Assembly: GCA_965240325.2 (NCBI GenBank)
Contig: OZ251224.1
Location: forward strand, 2,108,001-2,172,000
Length of the DNA stretch: 64,000 bases
Source: Rebecca billardiae RCC1528
Lineage: Eukaryota > Protista > Haptophyta
Direction of reading: 5' to 3'
Part shown: piece after piece, positions 55,437-64,000 of the stretch
Position numbering within the stretch: position 1 is the first letter of the stretch
How the letters are laid out: the number at the start of each line of letters is the position of its first letter
Made by a program: the position numbers and the translations under genes
Notes under the pieces: model-generated
Databases searched by the model: none
What the model was told of the DNA's origin: nothing
Seen by the model: only the letters and a program-made list of their open reading frames with translations

Positions 55437-55822
55437 ATGGATCTCTTCAACGTGCAGCCCGTTGAGTTCGACACGAGCGTCGATGTGGAGGAGAAGCGTC
55501 ACCACCATCACCAGTACGTGTGCCTTCCCTCGCCCCCGCGACTGCGCGGTCTCGCCTCCTCGAACGCGCGCCACACGCGCGCCGCGCATGCTAACGAGCG
55601 ACGTGCCGTTCACGTCACGCGCGCGCCCGCCTGTGCCGCGGTAACAGCCGCCACCACCACCACGCGGTCGAGACGGTCGAGATGGAGGAGAAGCGCCACC
55701 ACCACCACCGCCACCACCGCCACCACGAGCTCGAGACGGTCGAGCTTGAGGAGAAGCGCCACCACCACCACCGCCACCACCGCCACCACGAGGTCGAGAC
55801 CGTCGACATCCTCCCGATGTAG
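55437..55822 (+). CDS. 83-aa His-rich repeat microprotein (copy 1)
   Basis: Exons 55437-55513 and 55648-55822 with a GT...CTAAC...AG intron translate to MDLFNVQPVEFDTSVDVEEKR-HHHHHRHHHH-AVETVEMEEKR-HHHHRHHRHH-ELETVELEEKR-HHHHRHHRHH-EVETVDILPM*. Splicing restores the 21-aa repeat register. Confidence 0.8.
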
Positions 55823-56551
55823 ATGGCGATGATCGAGCCGTGGACTCAGGCTCGAGATTGGCATGTTGCAGCCAATTGCCTGTCGAGTGTTTGACCGCAT
55901 GCCGCTGCCTTTTGAGGCTTCCTGAGTATGATACCGGCCGTACGCACCACGCACGTGCGGCGGTGCGTCGTCCGACGAGACAGACCGACTCCGTCACTCA
56001 CGACGCGCCGCCGAAGCCCCCGCGGCGAAGGCGGATCGTGACGATGACTTTCCGCTAACGATGTGGCCGCCAAATTGTCACCGCGCGGCGATCAGCCAGT
56101 CTACCGCCTTCCGGCTTCTGAGACTTCATTCAGTACGGTCCGGCATAATTCCGTCGCAGTCCGTCGCCTCGGACGCCCGGGTTACAGTCGGTCACATATT
56201 TACTACGGGATTCAGACTCTGTAAGTCATCGTAATATTGTACTTTGTAGTCGGATAACTTTTGCGGCCCGCCGCCGTCGGCGTCCTGACCATTGAGTTAG
56301 ACCAGTGCAGCCTGGCTCAGAGGTCGACGTGAACGCCACGGTCACGCGTGGGGCCGTCAGGACGGAAGTCGGCGGAACGCGTGGGAATTCAATCAACGAA
56401 TCGGCAGCCTGCACGATCAGCCAGGACAGGTCCAGTCGGAGTGCCTGCAAGCTGAAGAGAGGGCGTGCAACCAAGAGACTGGGCTAACGCTCATCGAAGA
56501 AGGATCGGTACTTGGTCGGTCACGCCGAATCGCCGTGGAAATGCGCCTCGT

Positions 56552-56939
56552 CTACATCGGGAGGATGTCGACGGTCTCGACCTCGTGGTGGCGGTGGTGG
56601 CGGTGGTGGTGGTGGCGCTTCTCCTCAAGCTCGACCGTCTCGAGCTCGTGGTGGCGGTGGTGGCGGTGGTGGTGGTGGCGCTTCTCCTCCATCTCGACCG
56701 TCTCGACCGCGTGGTGGTGGTGGCGGCTGTTACCGCGGCACAGGCGGGCGCGCGCGTGACGTGAAAGGCACGTCGCTCGTTAGCATGCGCGGCGCGCGTG
56801 CGGCGCGCGTTCGAGGAGGCGAGACGGCGCAGTCGCGGGGGCGAGGGAAGGCACACGCACTGGTGTGATGGTGGTGACGCTTCTCCTCCACATCGACGCT
56901 CGTGTCGAACTCAACGGGCTGCACGTTGAAGAGATCCAT
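56552..56939 (-). pseudogene. His-rich repeat microprotein copy 2 (inverted; 2-nt insertion before the donor site shifts frame as assembled)
   Basis: Near-identical reverse complement of copy 1 including the intron (56860-56727). Exon 1 ends CACCACCATCACACCA versus CACCACCATCACCA in copy 1. Confidence 0.7.
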
Positions 56940-57192
56940 CGCGGTGGTGCGTGCGGGTCGGGGAGTCGGGAGACGAGCGTTCGGGGAGGCGTCGTGCGAC
57001 GATCGCGCGTCTCGCACGCGTCTCGGCGACGTGCGTCCCACGATCCTGAAAAGCTTCGAAATACTTGAAACTGCCAACCAAGTGACCAATCAGACCAAAA
57101 TCGGACCAATCGGATGAGCGAGAAGCGCGGGAAAAGCGAGACGACGCGAAAAGTGAGAGAGTCGTCCGGGCGAGCCCGAAATGGTGCGGACT

Positions 57193-58247
57193 GAGGCCAC
57201 TCGAGCGACTTCGTGTCTGGCGAGGCAGATCGCGCCAGTGCGTGGCGAGGCAGACGCTCGCCTGCCTCGCCGCTTGGCGAGGCAGCTAAGCTAGTAAAGC
57301 CGCGGCCGAACTTTACGAAAGCCAAATGTCTGCCGGTGCGCCGCCCGTCTTTTGCGCACGGTGACAAGGGCGCGCGAGGGCGCTTCCTCACGATCCCGAA
57401 GAGCGCTGCGCGCGGCGTCGCGTTGGCGGCGGCAGCGGCGCTGGGGTGTATCTTGCCCATTCTGCGTGGTGGCGCGCTCTCATGACGCCTCGGCCGCCGC
57501 CACGCCATGCGCGACCGGGCGTGTCGCCTTCTTGACGGGCAGTGCACACGCCCTTGCAAGCGCACAGCCGTGAAGAGCCGAGAGCGTCCGTCGCGAGCAC
57601 GCCGCCCACGCGATATGCGTTATGTTGTCACCGAAGCCACCTTGCGCATGCGCTTCGCCGAGTTCGCCATGCGTTCAGAGCAGTCAAGATCGCTGAACGA
57701 GAGGCCTGTCATCGGCTGAAATGCAGGTTAGCAGTGCTCATCGTAGCTGCTACCCATGGTCATCCTGGCTCGCACATGCCAGAGCGCGAGCACCCAGTGT
57801 CATACGAATAGCCCTGGCAACGCATCCCGCGTGGGCGGCGTGCTCGCGACGGACGCTCTCGGCTCTTCACGGCTGTGCGCTTGCAAGGGCGTGTGCACTG
57901 CCCGTCAAGAAGGCGACACGCCCGGTCGCGCATGGCGTGGCGGCGGCCGAGGCGTCATGAGAGCGCGCCGCCACGCAGAATGGGCAAGATACACCCCAGC
58001 GCCGCTGCCGCCGCCAACGCGACGCCGCGCGCAGCGCTCTTCGGGATCGTGAGGAAGCGCCCTCGCGCGCCCTTGTCACCGTGCGCAAAAGACGGGCGGC
58101 GCACCGGCAGACATTTGGCTTTCGTAAAGTTCGGCCGCGGCTTTACTAGCTTAGCTGCCTCGCCAAGCGGCGAGGCAGGCGAGCGTCTGCCTCGCCACGC
58201 ACTGGCGCGATCTGCCTCGCCAGACACGAAGTCGCTCGAGCGGCCTC
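57193..58247. mobile_element. Non-autonomous foldback element, ~430-bp TIRs, GAG ends, 5-bp TSD GGACT
   Basis: Arms 57193-~57621 and ~57819-58247, with GGACT at 57188-57192 and 58248-58252. Confidence 0.88.
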
Positions 58248-58529
58248 GGACTGATGAGGAGTCAAGAGTGTTGGTAAATGAGTTATCAAGTGTTCAATGT
58301 GCTGGGTAAAGAAGTTATCAAATGTTCAATGACTGGCGCCAACACGAACGGCGGCTTGTTCTTGATGATGTTCTCAACCAGCATGGACGCCAACTCATGA
58401 ACAACGGCCGCGGCCTACAAATCTACACAGCACTTGGATCAGACGGCCCCAAGGGAGATAGCCGTAAATTATCTCCCTTGGATGCCCAGCGGCGGCGTGC
58501 TAGCTGCACACAAGGCGCCTCCGTGCGCA

Positions 58530-59363
58530 TCACGGGTCGAGGATCGTGGTGACCGCACCCAGCTCCCCAAAATCAGCCACGATCTCGACCGCTGCCGTGA
58601 CTTGCGTGCACTTCGCAATGGCCCCGCATATGACGAGCTCTCCCGCCCGCAGTGCGATGCCACGTCCGTTGAGGTGATTGGCGCAAAACGTGAGCGCAGA
58701 GAGTGGCGAGCCGAGCGGGCACGCGGTGCCCTTGCCCGTATCCACCTGCTGCCCACCCAAGCGCAGCGTCGCCGTGCACCGCGCGAGGTCGGCCGGCGAC
58801 ACCTGTCCGAGGTCGCCATCGCTGCTGGCAGCCGGCGAGCCCGTGGGGTGAAGGCGGGGGCCGAGCACCACGCCGGCCGCGTTGACCGAGTCGGCCAGCT
58901 TCTCAAAGGTTGTCGCGTCGGCGAGCGTGTGCCGCGTCCCCACAAGCTCGACAGCGAGCCTGACCTCTGAGAGCGCCGCCCAGACGTCCGCTTCGGATCG
59001 AGTCGTGCCGTCAGGAAGGGGTGCCAGGTCGGAGCCGAGGATGAACGCGACCTCGGCCTCGAAGGCTTTCAAGTTGGCGGCGCGAACTGACATCCCCGCA
59101 GGCGCCTCGACGATGCTCTTCGCAAAGAGTGGGCCATAGACACATGGCTGCCCCTCGACGAGCCCGATGCCGCCCAGCTTGTAGCCAGCGAGCCCGCCCA
59201 CCTGCGTGCAGAGCGGGTGAGCCGCCAGCGCGGCGTGCACCGCGTAGACATCTTCGATAGTAGACACCCACGACGGATACGACTCGCGCGAGTCGATCAG
59301 CTTGCCCGTCGTCCACGCGGTGAGCAACGCTCCGGCGGCAGCGCGCGAGTCTTTGGCGGCCAT
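58530..59363 (-). CDS. 2-keto-4-pentenoate hydratase-like protein (fumarylacetoacetate hydrolase family)
   Basis: AGYKLG, VYGPLF, FEAEVAFILGSDL, AVELVGTR, LADSVNAAGVVLG, LGSPLSALTFCANHL, LRAGELVICGA. Confidence 0.88.
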   Translation of the reverse strand: MAAKDSRAAAGALLTAWTTGKLIDSRESYPSWVSTIEDVYAVHAALAAHPLCTQVGGLAGYKLGGIGLVEGQPCVYGPLFAKSIVEAPAGMSVRAANLKAFEAEVAFILGSDLAPLPDGTTRSEADVWAALSEVRLAVELVGTRHTLADATTFEKLADSVNAAGVVLGPRLHPTGSPAASSDGDLGQVSPADLARCTATLRLGGQQVDTGKGTACPLGSPLSALTFCANHLNGRGIALRAGELVICGAIAKCTQVTAAVEIVADFGELGAVTTILDP

Positions 59364-59482
59364 CGTAGAGTAGCTGGGTACTTGTCACTTGTGCCGACGA
59401 CGACGGGTGCCCTGTGCCGTGGTGCAGCACCGCCTCGGGAGGGCGCCCCGCCCCCCGCCCCAACCCCCCTCCCGCGATCTCC

Positions 59483-60418
59483 ATGTTCGATGTGGTGGCC
59501 TACCGGTTCGCCACGGCGGTGCTGCTCGCTGCCGTGGCGTACGCGGGTGTCACACTGCCTTCCTCTGTGAGCGCGACCACGCGCGCCTTCGCGCTTGCCA
59601 ATGCGTTTGGCGGGGGCGTGATCCTGTCGGCGTCACTCGTGCACATGCTGCCGGAGGCGAGCGAGTGCGAGGTCCTTGGCGACTTTCCGTGGGGCCCGGC
59701 GATGCTCGCGACGGGATACCTATTCCTCCTGTCGATCGAGCTCATCGCCGACCGCCTGACCAACGTGTTCGCGCTGGACCAGAGCATATCCTGCCGCGAG
59801 CCCGGGCACGGGCTCGGCGCGCCGCTAGACACATCAAAGGCGCCCGCGACGAGCGATTCATCCAGCCCGACGGATGACCCGAGCCGCGGGCTGCTACCGG
59901 GCAGCAAGACGCCACAACGCTCGAGCGAGGCGGTCGTCTCGTGCGCGAGCCACTCCACGCTCGCGCACTGCGAGCAGCGCCCGCTCGCCGCGGTCGCCGC
60001 CACGTTTGGGCTGACCGCGCACGCGCTGCTGGAGGGGCTCGCGCTTGGCCTGCGCTCGTCGTGGACGAGCTTCGCGCTCGTCGGCTTCTCGATCGCGGCG
60101 CACAAGCTGTTCGCCGCGCTCGCACTCGGCGCCATCTTCGCCGGCATGCCGCAGTCGCGCCTCAGGCAGATCGCGACCCTCGTCTTCTGCTCGGCCACGC
60201 CCGCCGGCATCCTGATCGGCTCAGCACTGCTCGTGGGCACGTCGTGCGTCGTGAGCGCGCCGCTGGGCGCCTTCGCCGCGGGGAGCCTGATGTGGGTGGC
60301 ATTGCACGAGGTGATCAGTCCGGCGATGCACTCCGGCAGGGAGGCATCCATCTTCCTCGTGCTCTCGGCCACCTGGGCCGGCTTCGGCGCGATGACCGTG
60401 CTCGCGCTGTGGGTATGA
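59483..60418 (+). CDS. ZIP family (Zn/Fe/Mn) metal transporter
   Basis: ANAFGGGVILSASLVHMLPEA, TM4 TAHALLEGLALG, TM5 AAHKLFAALALG, SATPAGILIG, AAGSLMWVALHEVI; about 8 hydrophobic segments. Confidence 0.93.
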   Translation: MFDVVAYRFATAVLLAAVAYAGVTLPSSVSATTRAFALANAFGGGVILSASLVHMLPEASECEVLGDFPWGPAMLATGYLFLLSIELIADRLTNVFALDQSISCREPGHGLGAPLDTSKAPATSDSSSPTDDPSRGLLPGSKTPQRSSEAVVSCASHSTLAHCEQRPLAAVAATFGLTAHALLEGLALGLRSSWTSFALVGFSIAAHKLFAALALGAIFAGMPQSRLRQIATLVFCSATPAGILIGSALLVGTSCVVSAPLGAFAAGSLMWVALHEVISPAMHSGREASIFLVLSATWAGFGAMTVLALWV

Positions 60419-60532
60419 CGGCGGCAGTCAGTCAGCAGCAGGCAGCAGTATCGGCGCGTCGCACGCGCCGCCGGTTGCGTAGTTCGTGCGGCGACTGCCG
60501 CGCTCGGGAAACGCGCGCGTGGCCGACGTCCG

Positions 60533-62730
60533 GTGGTCAACGGCGGCGCCGTGACTTCGGACGGTTCGCACGCGACACTCTCACGGACAGGGATGGTCCT
60601 CGTGATCGACAACGTCGAGCACGAGCTCGATGATGATGGGAATGGCAACGATGCCTACCCTTCACGGCATCCGCTGAGACCGATGCTGCGAGCGCCCCGA
60701 CCATCCTCACGAGAGGACAGCTGGACGGGGCGCGAGGTGCTGCTCGATGACGGGCAGCAGCAGGTGATACACTCAAAGGACGTGTACATCATTGATGAGC
60801 GGTCGCTGGTCGAGGGGAGGCACACTCCATTCGCGGCCAGCGATGACAATGCCGAGCCCGAGACTGAGCTGGGGGACGCCGCTGACGGCGAGCTCACCGG
60901 CGAGGGCGAGGAGCATTTTGAGATTGAGGACGGCGCGGCCGATGACGGCGGCGCTGCAGCTCATGACGACGGGGGCGCGGCGAGCGAAGCTGCGCAACCG
61001 AGCGCCGACGGCGATGACGCCGAAGGCGATGACGACGCACGAGCTGGTGAGTCCGCGGCGCCCGAGCTGCCGCGCGACTACGACCCGATGCGACGAGACC
61101 GAGCGAGGCGGAGCAGACCCGCCGCGCAGACGGTGCAGGCTGTTGTGAATTCGCTCCCTGGCATGCGCCAGACTGGGCGTGTGTGGTACCTACACTTGCG
61201 TAAGTGTTTGCTCGAACATGGGTTCGAGCCGTGCCCGAGCGCGCCGTGCATCTACTCGAAGGCAGTCGATGGCGGCTACGTGTTCGTCGGTCACTTTGTC
61301 GACGATCTGCTGATGATGAACATCTCGAAGGACAAGAACGCGTTGGACGCGCTGATGACGGCGTTGCTGACGCACTACGAGATGCAGGGCGCGGACTGCC
61401 TGAGCAAGTTCCTTGGCGCCGAATTTGAGACCACGGTGGACGGACTTTTTACCCACCTGAACCAGTACATCGGTGATGTGTGCGAGCGCTTCCACCTGAG
61501 TGGATAGCGCCACCCACCGACCCCCGAGTGCAGCGAGACGCGCGAGATCCCCCGCCCGCTGCAAGCCCTCCTGCTGCGCGCTGACCGCCAGCACTACCAG
61601 GAGATGACCGGTGCCCTCATGTACTGCATGACGACGTGTCGCCCCGACATCGCGCACGCCGTGAACATGCTGGCACGCCGGATGTCCAATCCCCGGCTCT
61701 ACGACTTGACCGCCGCGAAGCGCACGCTCCGATACTTGCTCGGCACGCGTCGGCGCGGCATCCTCTTCCGGCACGCGACGCACGCACAACACCCTGATTT
61801 GGTGGCGTACGCGGACTCGGACTGGGCGAACGATCGTGAAGATCGACGTTCTACGACGGGATACCTTGTTATGTACAACGGGGTCCCGATCTCGTGGCAC
61901 AGCGGACTGCAGAGCGTGGTCGCGTTGTCTACGTGTGAGGCGGAGTACATCGCGCTAAGCGAGTGCTGCCGCGAGGTGATCTACCTGCGCGACCTGGTCA
62001 CGTTTTTGAACGAGCCGGTCGTGGAGCCCACGACGGTGATCTACGAGGATAACCAGGGCACGATCGATTTGACGAACAACCCGGTGCACCACAAGCGCAC
62101 CAAGCACATTGACGTGAAGTACCATTTCACGCGGCGCGCGCAAGCCGACGGCGCCGTGCTGATCCAGAAGGTGCCGACCGACGACAACCGGTCCGACATC
62201 ATGACCAAGGCTACCGCGACGAGTACTTTTCTCAAGCACGTCGTGGCGATACTGCATGCTGTTCCACCACCTCCGCCGCCTTCGGCATGATGTCGAGGGG
62301 GGGTGTTGTATTAATCCCGAATTTCCTCCGTGCACGATTTCTTTTCCTTTCCAGGCGCTTGGATCCAACCGCCAGGAGAGGTCGAGTCCCAGGTACTACT
62401 CGCTGTCGTACCTGCCCTCCCTGAACCGGCACGAGCGCGCTCGGCCCCTAATCCTATTGCTTTCGCCGCTGTCCGCAGGCGAACGCAAGCCGCCGGGTAC
62501 GTATGTCCGTTTTCCCCCGGCGCTATTGGTCTAACGACCTATCACTGGACCTGGTGCCGTTTGCTTTTTGCACCCGTGTGGGACGACTCCCGCACCGCCC
62601 GCTCGTCCGCACGGACGACGCTGCTGACGACGTCCGCAGGGACACTGTGATAAGCCCCTGCGTGACCGGGCCTTATCGTCCCCTGACGAGAAGGTTACAT
62701 CCGCACACCTACTAGACGCTGATAGTAACA
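60533..62730 (+). mobile_element. Decayed, 5'-truncated Ty1/copia LTR retrotransposon (partial RT, RNase H, PPT, 3' LTR)
   Basis: SLPGMRQTGRVWY, PCIYSK, HFVDDLL, CRPDIAHAVNML, YADSDWA, RRSTTGY, ALSTCEAEYIAL, YEDNQG, HKRTKHIDVKYHF. One in-frame TAG at 61505-61507. No gag, protease, integrase or 5' LTR seen. Confidence 0.93.
62304..62730 (+). repeat. Putative 3' LTR (427 bp)
   Basis: Follows the polypurine tract GAGGGGGGG. Begins TGTT and ends AACA. Confidence 0.7.
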
Positions 62731-64000
62731 CCTAGTACGACGCGGAGGATAATCAGATTCGTCACTGGAGACAACGAAACATCCGAAACCACACACACAC
62801 AAATATACAATTTAATGTCAAAATATATAGAACACGAACTTAAAAACCAAAATAAAATTCACCATTTACGCATGCCAACGGCATCATGATCATTTTTATT
62901 GGCTCCGGCTTCGGTTGACCCCTGCCAGTCCGGTCATAGAAACCGGGCGTACCGAAAATGAAAACGACCTTCGCGAGGTCGCACGGAGGCGGTCGAAGGC
63001 TTGCTGGACTCGGGTTGGCGAGCTGAGCGCGAATCCGCACCGTTTGCCGCGATCGCTTGTTTTTACACGGCGCCAGAGCCCGATTTTCACCATTTCTACT
63101 GGGAGTCCGGGTACTTTGGGCCTTTTGCCCACTATGGTGGTGCGGGCGCGGGTCGCGTGGGTGTGCGCATCGTGTTCGACACCGACGTCTCGTACGAACA
63201 GCTGGGAGGTAATCTTGGCGACCGCGATGCCGAGCACCTCTTTGCGGTCGCGCGTGACCTGGAGATCGTGCACACGGTGTCTGGCACGACCTCGTCAGTG
63301 CACTCCACGGTCGGTGCAAGCCTCTCTGCACGTTGCGCCGTCTCCGGACCTCTGCAATCAGATCAAGGTGAACATGTCGAGGACGCACAACACGATGGAG
63401 CGGATGCTTTTCCATCTCGTCGTCGATAAGCTCAGGCCTCTCTGTCTGGACGAGTACTTTGTGATCCTTACGCGCTCGACACTGCAAGTCGCGACGAGGG
63501 CGACTCAGAGCCCGAGACAAGCAGCAAGCGGCAGAAGGAGGCGGACGGGCAGTGGTGGACGATGGGGGGGCGAGTCTGATTTCAAGCGATACGCGCGCAT
63601 GGATCTTGACCGGCGCTCGCGCGAGCTGGGCACCGGCGAGATCGAGAGCGACACGATCGTCCGCGGCGTTGTCGTGCTCACGCCCGTGCAACCGATCACG
63701 CCCGACTTTCAGCGGCGCCCCAGCACGCGGCACGAGGCGGAGGCACGCGGCAGCGGCGGCGGAGCGGCCGCGTCCGGCGGTGTACCAGCTGAGAGAAGAG
63801 CGCGGCACAAGAGTGCGGGGCCGGGTGAGCTGCCGTGAGGCGTGACATACATGGTCATGGCGTGCGTGATGCATGAAATGGAATACAAGTTCCGTCAGAA
63901 ATACCCGCGCCAATATGCATTTACCCATTTTCGGATTTCGGTCAGATTTCTGTATGTGTTACTTATGAAAATTGAGCCTGAAACATATTGGGAGGTGGGT

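Noticed and set aside
61505-61507. Programmed read-through of TAG in the copia pol frame
   Set aside because: The element is truncated and RT is partly deleted, so a nonsense mutation is the simpler reading.
62840-63928. Overlapping 300-360-aa ORFs at the window end
   Set aside because: No recognisable domain or consistent exon structure; left unannotated.

Overview
This is eukaryotic, very GC-rich genomic DNA with short GC-rich GT-AG introns. A signal-plus-transit-peptide Fd-GOGAT points to an alga with a secondary plastid; a haptophyte such as Pavlovales is my inference, not a database result. About 15 protein genes can be supported: a NUDIX/DIPP-like hydrolase, a GNAT-like protein, a serine galactosyltransferase/HPAT-like protein with ShKT domains, a Sel1+MYND protein, a Sec7 ARF-GEF, a sulfotransferase, a class I methyltransferase, a J/CCCH/WW/RING protein, Fd-glutamate synthase, an IQ-motif protein, a VOC protein, an HRDC protein, an FAH-family hydratase, a ZIP transporter and a His-rich microprotein. 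Most other ORFs in the track are GC-driven shadows. The intergenic DNA holds many non-autonomous mobile elements: two related long-TIR foldbacks (GAG ends, 5-bp TSD), a nested P-like foldback, a split-direct-repeat element with a 46-bp minisatellite inserted in (TA)n inside a tandem triplication, an AT-flanked TIR element, a CACAGTG-ended element and a decayed Ty1/copia. The best candidate for a new system is missed by the ORF track. It is an intron-split 83-aa microprotein of acidic spacers and KR-preceded poly-His blocks, present as a convergent inverted pair about 2.5 kb from a ZIP metal transporter. I saw no rRNA, tRNA or CRISPR array.
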